From Thermoplasmatota archaeon (lineage in GTDB: Archaea; Thermoplasmatota; Penumbrarchaeia; Penumbrarchaeales; Penumbrarchaeaceae), in the NCBI GenBank assembly GCA_029762535.1, contig JARVGK010000035.1:1-34630 (forward strand): a DNA stretch of 34,630 nucleotides, written 5' to 3'. A model generated the notes under the pieces. The model was given only the letters and a program-made list of their open reading frames with translations. It did no database searches and was not told the origin of the DNA. Shown piece after piece: positions 25,345 through 34,630 of this stretch (positions are counted from its first letter, which is position 1; every line of letters starts with the position of its first letter). A program made the translations under genes and the position numbers.

Positions 25345-28300
25345 TCATTCCTCATCCTTTCGATCCCGCCTCGACCGGATCAGGATAAAGAGCAGGAACA
25401 GACATACGATAAAAGCGATGATCATGATCAAAGCGAGGACGGCCGCGCCCGCGAGGATCAACGGTATGTTCTCCTTCTCGGGGCCATCCACTACCGGGTC
25501 CACCGTCACCGTCATCGTGTCGGTAGCCCATAGTCCTCCGGCGTTGGTCACATTGAGGACGACGGTATGAACGCCGGGAACGTTAAAGACATGGACCGGA
25601 GACACGCCGTACAGTATGATCTCTCCCGTTCCGTCATCGAAGGTCCAGGTATAATTTTTAATCCCGACATCGTCCGAGCTGGCGCTCCCGTCGAATAAGA
25701 CCGCATCCCCCACCCTGACCCTCCGGTCCAAACCGGCGTTCGCGGTCGGTCCCGACAATATCACGACGGTCGCGGCGGTCTCCGCACCGGCCGTTTTCTC
25801 CTCGCGGTGACCGACATTGTCCACGGCAACACTGAAGAAACCGTAAGTGTTCCCGATCTCCCCTTCGAAGCGATCCGATGTGAGATCCGTACCTTCCAAC
25901 CAGATCACCCAATCCCCTCCGTTCTCGCTGACGAAGATGTCGTAGCTTGCGATGCCCGATCCCCCGATATCGTCCTCTCCGCTCCAGTATACCTCGAATG
26001 TGGAGAATACCGCAGAAGGCAGGTCCTCGACCCTGCTGACGGGGGAGCCGGCATCTATGGTGACAAGGGCCTCCAGGTCCGGATCGGTCCCCTTGCTCAT
26101 GTCCATCGGGTCGATCTGGTTGGTATCTATGCTCAGACCGAGATCGAACTGTATCGTGGCGATATTGCGTATTTCCGTACCGGTCGAAAGATCTTCCCTG
26201 GGGCTTATCAGATAAGAGAAATGGCCCTGACCCCTGCCGCTCCCGTCCTCTGGAGGAAGGAATCCAGTTTCAACTGTGGGCAAAAGGCCCGTTTCCGGAT
26301 CGATCGAATAGAAGTTCACGAAGATCTCCCCGATCTCTATATCTATGCCGGCGTGGATATGGACCTCGATATCCATATCATACTCTTCGTCCTCGAACCG
26401 ATATCTCACAACCTCCTCGAGGTATCTCGTTCCACTCTCAAGAGGTATTATCACATCGCCGAAACCGATCTGTGTGAACTCGAAGGTGGCCATATCGAGA
26501 TGCTCTGAGAGGGGATCCCTTACGGTCACGATCTGGGCCGGAGCTGTGGCGTCCTCGAGGTTCTCGAAATCGACATGATAGGAAAGGGTGCTCCCTTCTT
26601 TGATATGGTTCTCTGGCCCGATCCCGGATGGCCCCAGTTTCTGGTTGGGGTCCATGGCTATGAAGACCAGTGTGAAGACGCTTTTGAGAATGGAGTGGGA
26701 ACCCCAAACGATGAGCCCCCCTGCCAGGAGGAACGGCAATGCTCCTGTTGCGGTCGCAAGCAGCGTGAACCCGGCAATGGCCGTCGACCCTGCAAAGTAT
26801 ATATCCAGCCCCGCACCGGCCACCTGACCCGGTGTTCCCATGGTGGCCCCGTAAACTTCGCTCCAGGGCATGAATCCCATGGGGTTGGCCACACCGCTTA
26901 CATCTATCATCAGACCCGTGGGATCGATGAGGTTCGTGGGCGAATTCCTGACATAACGATAGAGGTTGACATCTCCCCCTTGAATGCCTATCGGATCGGT
27001 ACTCAGGAAACGTCCGATCCTGGGACCGTAATGCCTCGCACGCATATGAACGAGACCGGTGGGATCGGTCATTACCCCTTTCTCCCCTCCGAAACGGAAT
27101 GGGTTGGCGATCGTAAACTGTTCGTGGATGGGGTCGCCGAAGGGCCCGTAAGCGTATGAATTAACAATGGACCCGTCGGGCCCTGTCAATCCGTGTGCAT
27201 TGCCCAGGGCATCGTACACATGATAATGGAGCTCGCCCGCATCCGTTCGTAGTCCTATCAGGTCCGGTCCGTGGACATAGCGGGTTATCGGATCCCCCAT
27301 ATCATCATAGACGCCGACCAGATCACCAAGGCCTATGGGATCGATGATATAATGGGCCCTCAGTCCGTTATCCGTCATCGAGACCCGGTTGCCCAAACCG
27401 TCGTAGGAGAACGTCCGGACATCGCCGTCTTTTACGACCCCCACGAGGCGGTTCTCGTCGTCATAGGAGTATATCACGCTGCCTTCCGGCCCATCCTCCT
27501 CCACCAGATTCCCGTCCGCATCGTAATTGTACGTTTTTTCCCCGATCCGCGTGTACTGGTTGAGGCGGTTCACCTCGTAAGTCTCCGCTTCTCCGTTCAC
27601 GACCGTTTCGATACGATTTCCGAGCGCGTCATAGGTATAAAGCATATCCAGAGACCGGATGCCGGCATCGTCCGGGTCCAGAACCGCACGCGTGAGTTGA
27701 TCTATCTCATCATACTCGTACGACCAGGAGCCGTAATGCGCATCCACGCCAACGCGGCGTCCCCGCTCGTCATAGGTTTGATCGATGCTGGAGATCACAT
27801 CGCCGGTCGGACCATGGCTGACAAGGGTAGATATCCTGCCGGCGGGATCGTATCCGTAGGTCGTTTGGACCCCGTTCCCAACGGTCTTCTTCGACAACCT
27901 TCCGGCCGAGTCGTATTCATATCGTATGATATCGTTCAGATCCCCATCTGTGACGGCCTCGATGCGTCCGGTGGCATCGTAAACATATTCCAGGGCAAGA
28001 CCCAGATGATCGATGCTGGAGTTTCGACGGTGAGCCCGGTCATAGGTGAACTCCAGCCATTGACCGAGAGGGTAGTTGATACGGACGATCCTTTCATGCT
28101 CATCCCTGATGAACTCCGTGATGCCGGACGTATCCTCCACCTCGATCAAGTTGCCGCGTTCGTCATATGCGTATTTCACCTCAGGAGCGCCCTCGTGGAC
28201 CTTTTTGGTCAGCCTGCCCGCTTCATCGTAGGAATAGCCGGTGGTATTCCCTCTTCGATTGGTCCAGGTGAGGACGTTCCCCTTCTGGTCATGGGTCCAT

Positions 28301-31300
28301 AGTTCCTTCGTTCCGTCGGGATGGTATATTTCGATCAGATTTCCGCGTTCGTCATATCCGTAACCGAAACCGTTCCCTCTGGCATCGATGATCCGACTCA
28401 GCCGATGGAGGTCCCCGGAATACGTGAATCTTGTTGTATGGCCCATCTGATCGGTCATCTCAGTTAGTTCCCCATCGTTATCATATCCGTATCTTATGGA
28501 AAGACCCGCAGGATCGGTGATCTCCGTCAATCTGCCTGTTCCATCGAAGATGTAGGAGTCGGCCTCCCCGAGGGCATTCTCGGTTCTGGTGATGCGGCGC
28601 ATGTGATCGAAGTGATAGGTATCGGCATTGCCCGATCCATCGAGGACGCTGACGGTCCCCAAGCCGTATGTGAACGTCAGCCTCTCGCCCCCCCTTGAGA
28701 TCGATCTCAGGCGCCCGGAGACGTCATACTCCATCGATGTCTTAGCCGATCCGGGAACCGCGATCCCTGTCAATGCGTGCAGCTTGGCAGAACCCGGGGT
28801 CGAATCGTACTCGTGATCTGTCGTGTACCCGTCATGGGCCTTGATCTGGACCATGTACTCCCCATCATGGGTGTATGCGGTTTCCCTCCCGTGCTGGTCC
28901 TTCACGCTTACGATACGGCCGTTGCCGTCGTATGATATCTCGAGGAATTGGCCCGATGAATGGCTCAGGCGTGTAAGCGAGCCATCAGTATAGGTGCAGG
29001 TTATGCTGTTCCCGTTCGTGTCCTGTATTCTATCGAGCCTGCCATCGGACCGGAAGGTACGAAGATGCCCGTCATGTTCTTTGAGCCTGTAACTCCCTCC
29101 CGGCAATGCTCTGAGATCGCCCCTGTCCCCGGGTTGGCCCAGATGACGTCCGGTAAAACGAATGTCGCGTTCGAACACCCTGATCGATCCGGACCCATCG
29201 ATCACATGGACCTTCCCATCCTTCACCTCGATGCGTTCCTGCCAATTGTGGGTCCAACCCCTACCGAGCGGTCCCATCTCGAAACGCCTGGAGATCGGGA
29301 CCTGATGATATCTCTCGAAGGTTATGGGAAAGCCTGGAGCCTCTACCAGGGCATCCTGTTCGCTGGATAGGACCGACAGCGGATTGTATCCTTCTGCCAT
29401 GCAGATGGACAAAGCCAGAAGCTGACCCACGTCCTCGACCCTCTGCCCCTGCCGGTGAAGATAGAGGGCGTTGCGTCCGATCATCCTCACATATTCCCCC
29501 CATGTATCTCCTGCGTCCGTGATGAAATTGGACCATATGATGTCCCAAGCCTCAGCGGAGATATGCCCCGGCCTCATATGCTCCTTCATGGCATCCTTGT
29601 CCAGAACCTCATCGTTATCCGCTCCCATCATGCCCAGGCGCCAATCCACTGGCGGAAGGTCCATGTTCCAGGGCCGTTCCCAGCCGACGTAGTGGACCGG
29701 TATGCGCCTCGTCTCTCCCGGATGGATGACCCCCGAAGTCTTTCCCGAGGCCAGCATCTGAACGGAGCTCGAAAAGCCCAGGGGCATCACATTCCTGTCC
29801 TCCATGTCCTCGGACATGGTCCACATACCGTTCTTCATCTTTTGAATGTCCAGGGTGAGGAGGGGGCCTTGATCGTCCCCCTGTGTCCCCGTCACGGATA
29901 AAAGAGGCGCGGGTATAGAGACATCACCCGAGTTCTCGTATTCCACATATATGGTTGCGGGAGAGTTGTAGCCCACGACCTCCGGCATGATGATTCTGGC
30001 ATCGAAATTCGAAGAGCCCTGTTCAAGTACGTTCAGAACGGCGACAAGCTCGGCCGTTCCGACATCCGATCGCGAGATCCGGACGCTGTAAACGTCCTCG
30101 GGCAAAGCCCCGGCGGAAAAGCCGGCGGTAAGCTGGGTGGGAAGGTGGACCTCGACCGAAGCCGCCTCGTAGGTCCCTCCGTCGGGTCCGATGAGCTCCA
30201 CCTTTACGGGGTCGATGAATCCCGTTCCGGCCAGCATCAGCTCCAGAGGTAAGCCTCTTACATGACGGTTAGGATCGGCCTCGTACAAGAACAGGCTCAC
30301 GGTCTCGAACTTGATCGTGTAGCTGCCCGAAGAGGGCATTCTATCTCCCTGAACGAGTATGTACCACGTACCGGGATACGCCCCGGGGACGGCCATCCTC
30401 CCCGAATCCGAAAGCCCGTCATGGTTCGCCCTTGTTGGAAGGTAAGCGTGCCTCGCGCACAATTCGAGTCCGACGGGCCCATCGAGTGTGAGGACCAGGT
30501 TCCTTCCGGAGGGGATCTTTAAGCGGAAATATTGATCGACCTGGCCTGAAGGATATGCTCCCGTGTGTGCGGCCCCCTCCTCCAGTTCGAGGATGGCCAC
30601 ATCCACTTCCTCTGCCATTTCATTGTTCAAGCGGTGCCTCTCGACGAATGACCAATCATCGTTCAGCGATAGGATGAGATAATATGGCCCCTCCTTAAGA
30701 AGTGGGAAGGTGATCTCCATTACCCCATCATAGGACGAGCCCGGGGCGATCCCGCCGCCGACGCTCGTGGATGCGAGTTTTCGGTCTCCGGAATCCAGGT
30801 AGGCGTCCGTTGAGAGATATACGGCGTCATGCCATCCCTCATCGGGAAGGGGAGCGCCACCGCTGTTCATGGCGCTGTAGGCGATGGTGGACGATCCACC
30901 CGGGGCCAGGGTATCAGGTATGTCCATGGAGACGGCTATCAGATCGGGATGGGACGTCGTATCATCGATCACCACGAACGTCCTGGTATCCCTATCGGAA
31001 AGCTCCATGCCATCGTCGACAAGGGCGTAGGCCACCTCATAGGTGCCAACTGCAGGGAAGTTCACGAGGCCGGGGCTGCGAACCGAGGCCGTCCTGTCCT
31101 CGCCGATCGTCCAGTGATATGCCAGATCAGGCGCTCTGGAGCCGCTGAACCGCAGCGTATCGCCCCTTACCAAGGTGCCCGAGCGCATCGGGGAAAGGAT
31201 GCGGGGCTTGATCTGATCCGGGAGGGATCTCAGCCATGGATAGGTCTCTCCCTCGATGTGAGACCAAACGTTCTCGAAATCCCATCGGAAATATGTTGCA

Positions 31301-32340
31301 CGCTGCATCATCTCCACCGTTGTCTTGCCCTCTCCACCATCCGAATCGGTGTGCCCCGAAGTGTAAATATCCCAGTAACTCGACTCTACCATACCGCCGC
31401 TGGCTCCGACTAGCCCGCCGACAATTCCCGCTGCGGATACCGTACCTGTAGAATATGAGTTCTTTATCGACGCCCCTGCATTATGGAGCCCTACCAATCC
31501 CCCAACCCGTTGATTTCCTTCAACATTTCCAACAGCAAATGAATCCGATATGGATAACATATTGTGGCCGACAAGCCCGCCAACACTCTCGTCCCCGGAG
31601 ACATCTCCTGAGGCGTAGCTAACGGATATCGATCCCATGTTGCTTCCGACCAGACCTCCCACGTGGATCGAGCTCGCTGTAACTTCCCCCGTGGCATAAC
31701 AGTTGAATATGTTGCCCCCATTGGTCCCGACCAGTCCGCCGGTAAATTGCCATCCTGTCACTGTGCAGTGAGAGGATGAGTTAGATATCGAGCCGCTGTT
31801 CCATCCGACCAGGCCCGCTCCGGAATAATCGGTGCCGCGAACGGTGCCCGAGGCCGTGCAATTGTCCAATGTACCGGAATAGAAGTTCCCCACGAGCGGA
31901 CCGGTGAAGGTATACCCGGTTATGTTCACATTAAAAAGGTTAACGTTCTTCACATCCGCATCCAGGACATAACCGAACAGGCCTATGAATTTCGAGGACG
32001 AGCGTTGTATGCTCAATCCGGTGATGGAGTGCCCCCTGCCGTCGAAGGACCCTGTGAAGGGATCCGATTCGCTCCCGACGGGGATGAAGCCCGCGCCTTC
32101 GTTCCATTCCGATGTCCCTCGCGCATCTATGGCGTTGGCGAGGGCGTAATGTGCGGCGAGATCATCCCCCATGGCCTGAAGGGCGAGGACATCCTCGATG
32201 AGAAAGGGATCCTCCTGTGTCCCTGTCCCTCCAACGAAGGACCCGTCAATTCCCTGATGATCCATGAGGATCAAAACCGGAAAAGAAGAGAACAACATCA
32301 TGCATACCAAAAAAAAACCTGTCATATCCCGGGATCTCAT
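25345..32340 (-). CDS. Large surface RHS/YD-repeat protein: signal-GLUG repeats-PKD-like-CARDB-PPC-like-RHS core-payload-DUF7619-like-PKD-TM anchor
   Basis: VGGLVG GLUG repeats; PDL..S.D CARDB-like; many YTYD/YGYD..GRL repeats; RHS core MRARHYGPRIGRFLSTDPIG..NSPTNLIDPTGL; MDPNQKLGP domain; PTANAG..FDGSASSD..YTWTF PKD; TM + RSRRDRK. GAGGTG SD supports ATG 32340 (track start 32457). Confidence 0.92.
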   Translation of the reverse strand: MRSRDMTGFFLVCMMLFSSFPVLILMDHQGIDGSFVGGTGTQEDPFLIEDVLALQAMGDDLAAHYALANAIDARGTSEWNEGAGFIPVGSESDPFTGSFDGRGHSITGLSIQRSSSKFIGLFGYVLDADVKNVNLFNVNITGYTFTGPLVGNFYSGTLDNCTASGTVRGTDYSGAGLVGWNSGSISNSSSHCTVTGWQFTGGLVGTNGGNIFNCYATGEVTASSIHVGGLVGSNMGSISVSYASGDVSGDESVGGLVGHNMLSISDSFAVGNVEGNQRVGGLVGLHNAGASIKNSYSTGTVSAAGIVGGLVGASGGMVESSYWDIYTSGHTDSDGGEGKTTVEMMQRATYFRWDFENVWSHIEGETYPWLRSLPDQIKPRILSPMRSGTLVRGDTLRFSGSRAPDLAYHWTIGEDRTASVRSPGLVNFPAVGTYEVAYALVDDGMELSDRDTRTFVVIDDTTSHPDLIAVSMDIPDTLAPGGSSTIAYSAMNSGGAPLPDEGWHDAVYLSTDAYLDSGDRKLASTSVGGGIAPGSSYDGVMEITFPLLKEGPYYLILSLNDDWSFVERHRLNNEMAEEVDVAILELEEGAAHTGAYPSGQVDQYFRLKIPSGRNLVLTLDGPVGLELCARHAYLPTRANHDGLSDSGRMAVPGAYPGTWYILVQGDRMPSSGSYTIKFETVSLFLYEADPNRHVRGLPLELMLAGTGFIDPVKVELIGPDGGTYEAASVEVHLPTQLTAGFSAGALPEDVYSVRISRSDVGTAELVAVLNVLEQGSSNFDARIIMPEVVGYNSPATIYVEYENSGDVSIPAPLLSVTGTQGDDQGPLLTLDIQKMKNGMWTMSEDMEDRNVMPLGFSSSVQMLASGKTSGVIHPGETRRIPVHYVGWERPWNMDLPPVDWRLGMMGADNDEVLDKDAMKEHMRPGHISAEAWDIIWSNFITDAGDTWGEYVRMIGRNALYLHRQGQRVEDVGQLLALSICMAEGYNPLSVLSSEQDALVEAPGFPITFERYHQVPISRRFEMGPLGRGWTHNWQERIEVKDGKVHVIDGSGSIRVFERDIRFTGRHLGQPGDRGDLRALPGGSYRLKEHDGHLRTFRSDGRLDRIQDTNGNSITCTYTDGSLTRLSHSSGQFLEISYDGNGRIVSVKDQHGRETAYTHDGEYMVQIKAHDGYTTDHEYDSTPGSAKLHALTGIAVPGSAKTSMEYDVSGRLRSISRGGERLTFTYGLGTVSVLDGSGNADTYHFDHMRRITRTENALGEADSYIFDGTGRLTEITDPAGLSIRYGYDNDGELTEMTDQMGHTTRFTYSGDLHRLSRIIDARGNGFGYGYDERGNLIEIYHPDGTKELWTHDQKGNVLTWTNRRGNTTGYSYDEAGRLTKKVHEGAPEVKYAYDERGNLIEVEDTSGITEFIRDEHERIVRINYPLGQWLEFTYDRAHRRNSSIDHLGLALEYVYDATGRIEAVTDGDLNDIIRYEYDSAGRLSKKTVGNGVQTTYGYDPAGRISTLVSHGPTGDVISSIDQTYDERGRRVGVDAHYGSWSYEYDEIDQLTRAVLDPDDAGIRSLDMLYTYDALGNRIETVVNGEAETYEVNRLNQYTRIGEKTYNYDADGNLVEEDGPEGSVIYSYDDENRLVGVVKDGDVRTFSYDGLGNRVSMTDNGLRAHYIIDPIGLGDLVGVYDDMGDPITRYVHGPDLIGLRTDAGELHYHVYDALGNAHGLTGPDGSIVNSYAYGPFGDPIHEQFTIANPFRFGGEKGVMTDPTGLVHMRARHYGPRIGRFLSTDPIGIQGGDVNLYRYVRNSPTNLIDPTGLMIDVSGVANPMGFMPWSEVYGATMGTPGQVAGAGLDIYFAGSTAIAGFTLLATATGALPFLLAGGLIVWGSHSILKSVFTLVFIAMDPNQKLGPSGIGPENHIKEGSTLSYHVDFENLEDATAPAQIVTVRDPLSEHLDMATFEFTQIGFGDVIIPLESGTRYLEEVVRYRFEDEEYDMDIEVHIHAGIDIEIGEIFVNFYSIDPETGLLPTVETGFLPPEDGSGRGQGHFSYLISPREDLSTGTEIRNIATIQFDLGLSIDTNQIDPMDMSKGTDPDLEALVTIDAGSPVSRVEDLPSAVFSTFEVYWSGEDDIGGSGIASYDIFVSENGGDWVIWLEGTDLTSDRFEGEIGNTYGFFSVAVDNVGHREEKTAGAETAATVVILSGPTANAGLDRRVRVGDAVLFDGSASSDDVGIKNYTWTFDDGTGEIILYGVSPVHVFNVPGVHTVVLNVTNAGGLWATDTMTVTVDPVVDGPEKENIPLILAGAAVLALIMIIAFIVCLFLLFILIRSRRDRKDEE

Positions 32341-32616
32341 TTCATTGCACCTCAAGGAAACCGATGCGAGTAAGATTCCGGCCAGACTATAAATGATTTG
32401 GGTTCCTGGCTCGTAATGTTGAGGGGTGGATACTCCAGCATCCAACATCATTTCCACCTACGATCCATGATCCCACTCTTTGAGGATACCTCTGGGCTAC
32501 AATATCAAATAATCGAGCTGCCATGCATATTCCCCAAATTGGGGCGACATCTCAATGCTCATGGTACAGTAAGCGATGATCGCGAATTCTGACAATGGGG
32601 GATCCGACGTCCACCA

Positions 32617-33453
32617 TCAAGGTAGTGATCCTTTTTTCAGATGCAAGTCCATCTGCGGGAACGGGATCTCGATACCCGCCTTGACGAAACCCGAGGGGAT
32701 GTCCTTGTTCAGTTTTGCCCAGAGGGTCCAATAATCATCGGTCTTGGCCCAGGGCCTCAGCTGGACGTTTATGGCGGAATCTCCAAGCTCGGTGATGATG
32801 ACATCCATTGGCGGGTCCTTTAGGACGAGTCCTGTCGAATTCATTATCCTCTTTGCGACATTTATCGCAAGGTCGAGGTCTGTCCCGTATGCGACCCCTA
32901 CGTTGACGTCCACCCTTCTGATGGGCATCCTCGTGTAATTGGTTATGGGCGATCCCCACACCTGTTTATTGGGTATTGTTATGTATTTGTTGTCCGGGGT
33001 CATCAGCTCAGTTGTCATCATGGACAGCCCTGTGACCTTGCCCGTGAAGCCGGAAACCTCTACGACCTCATCCATCCTTATCGGTCTCAATGTGGCGATC
33101 CATATGCCCGCGAACATGTTGTTCAGCGAATCCTGCAGCCCGAAAGCGATTATCAGACCAATGGCCGCTGAAAGTCCTATGAACACGCCTCCCACGGCTA
33201 TACCGAGAGAGCCCAAAGCGAGTAAGATGACGACTATGTATAGTATGGCCGAGACCATCTTTCCAAGGAGATCGATCATCAACCTTGGCATCTTGCTCTT
33301 CTTCAGGGAACCTTTGAAGACGGCCATTACGATCTTGATGACGATAAAACCCAGGATCAATATCATGAAAAAGGTCAGAATTCGCGAAAATGAGATCCCT
33401 ATCACCGGTATCTCGCTTTCCAACGCATCTATCACATCCTCATATGACACCAT
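32617..33453 (-). CDS. mscS: Small-conductance mechanosensitive channel
   Basis: Three TMs; AFGLQDSLNNMFAG, TIPNKQVW..ITNYT, GIEIPFPQ. Confidence 0.93.
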   Translation of the reverse strand: MVSYEDVIDALESEIPVIGISFSRILTFFMILILGFIVIKIVMAVFKGSLKKSKMPRLMIDLLGKMVSAILYIVVILLALGSLGIAVGGVFIGLSAAIGLIIAFGLQDSLNNMFAGIWIATLRPIRMDEVVEVSGFTGKVTGLSMMTTELMTPDNKYITIPNKQVWGSPITNYTRMPIRRVDVNVGVAYGTDLDLAINVAKRIMNSTGLVLKDPPMDVIITELGDSAINVQLRPWAKTDDYWTLWAKLNKDIPSGFVKAGIEIPFPQMDLHLKKGSLP

Positions 33454-33507
33454 TTTGAACCCCGCAAAGTAATCATGCAGTAATTATAATACTTTTTCCC
33501 TAAGGCG

Positions 33508-33530
33508 GAAAATGACCCGTGGTCATTTTC
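33508..33530. terminator. Perfect 10-bp hairpin downstream of the surface-protein gene
   Basis: gaaaatgacc-cgt-ggtcattttc. Confidence 0.55.
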
Positions 33531-33564
33531 ATGGTCCTAATCCGTGCACATGATCTTGGGATCG

Positions 33565-34630
33565 TCATTCTTCCTTGGAGAGGGAGTCCTTTGAGCGTTT
33601 CACGGCAAGGTAGATAATTATAGCGATAGCGATCAAAATGATGAGGAATAAGGCGATGATCACGATTGGCGGGACCGATGTCCTTTTATTTTCATTCTCA
33701 TCGATCTTTGGATCCGAACCGTTCGGATCCTCCTCAGGGTCCTCCTGATCGTTGTCATCTTGTTCCGAGGGCAAAACTTTAATCTCAAAGCTCACAGTGG
33801 CGTTATTCCCCGCAAGGTCTGTGACGATCAAGGTCACATTGTACGTGCCCGGTTCTGAAGGCACACCGCTTATTTTCCCGTTCGATGAGGGGACGGGTGA
33901 ACCGAACCATTCATATGATACGATCCCGATATTGTCGGAAGCGATCGCCGATATGTCTATCGATGAACCTATGGATATGACGAGATCATCTATCAGGGCT
34001 ATCGATGGTGGGATATCATCTATTATACTGACCGTTCTCAACGGAGTTGAACTATCCAACCCTGAAACATCAAGAGCGCTGATCACATAGTTCAATCCCT
34101 CCACGGAATCCACGGGAACGGATACCGTATGATGGTAGATAGTCCCATCGTATTCCATTTCCACAACGGTGTGTTCGCCATCATCTCCGAACCAGTACTC
34201 GAGCATGACGCTATCGATCCCGATGTTGTCGGTGACTTCTACGCCGATAACGATCTCCGATCCGGTGGAGGCTTCGGTCGGGGTCCGATCCTCTATGAAG
34301 GCCGGTGGAACATTGTCGATAATTTCAACCATCGAGGCAGCTGTTCCATTCCAATTTCCCGAAATATCGACGCATCTGAAGAGATAGTAAAGGGGATCGG
34401 TGGAATTGAATGGAATTGTTATCAGATAAGTGTATGGACCGGTCCCTTCCATGCTCGCATTGGTCCTATCTCCAGTCCCGAACCAGTACTCCACATGGAC
34501 CGAGGAGATACCGATGTTGTCGCCAACATATATCGTGAACATGAACGGGTTTCCCGTCGTACCCGACGATTTAGTGCCGTCGACACCGAACTCAGGCCTG
34601 TCGTTATCGGTAATAGTGACCGTTCTCTCT
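33565..34630 (-). CDS. Ig-like repeat surface protein, C-terminal part (5' end outside the window)
   Basis: The frame stays open to the window edge (..RTVTITDNDRPEF..GNPFMFTI). ~95-aa repeats DNIGI.SV..EYWFG; acidic linker; TM + basic tail. Confidence 0.85.
   Translation of the reverse strand, partial: ERTVTITDNDRPEFGVDGTKSSGTTGNPFMFTIYVGDNIGISSVHVEYWFGTGDRTNASMEGTGPYTYLITIPFNSTDPLYYLFRCVDISGNWNGTAASMVEIIDNVPPAFIEDRTPTEASTGSEIVIGVEVTDNIGIDSVMLEYWFGDDGEHTVVEMEYDGTIYHHTVSVPVDSVEGLNYVISALDVSGLDSSTPLRTVSIIDDIPPSIALIDDLVISIGSSIDISAIASDNIGIVSYEWFGSPVPSSNGKISGVPSEPGTYNVTLIVTDLAGNNATVSFEIKVLPSEQDDNDQEDPEEDPNGSDPKIDENENKRTSVPPIVIIALFLIILIAIAIIIYLAVKRSKDSLSKEE

Noticed and set aside
25658-32373. Many long alternative-frame ORFs over the RHS gene (e.g. 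27271-28302) and over the S8 gene (22839-23666)
   Set aside because: Antisense or alternate-frame shadows typical of GC-rich coding DNA; no recognisable motifs.
1-34630. tRNA/rRNA genes, prophage structural genes
   Set aside because: None recognised; ORF6N alone does not indicate a provirus.

Overview
Archaeal-looking window: TATA-type promoters, GGTGA/GAGGTG Shine-Dalgarno sites, and PKD/SBBP surface proteins with a C-terminal TM + basic tail; Thermoplasmatota-like by inference only. The left end carries a truncated SBBP beta-propeller gene, a PhzF remnant, superoxide reductase and P5C dehydrogenase. The centre (~4.7-21.3 kb) is an accessory region: GNAT, two wHTH gene remnants, a low-GC pair of paralogous Myb/SANT-like proteins, an AlbA_2/Schlafen-HATPase-wHTH protein, two AAA_14/DUF4143 ATPases, two VapBC pairs, ORF6N, lipoproteins and a flavodoxin fragment. 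Almost every gene block there is separated by a co-oriented, modular, hairpin-rich non-coding repeat (about 10 copies) with triloop stems and compensatory changes, often next to truncated or duplicated genes. This looks like a cassette array, but no integrase or transposase is in the window. The right part holds surface proteins: an S8 protease, a ~2330-aa membrane-anchored RHS/YD protein with an internal hydrophobic payload after an intact autocleavage motif, MscS, and a partial repeat-rich surface protein. No rRNA, tRNA or CRISPR array was recognised. All family calls come from motif recognition by eye, without database searches.
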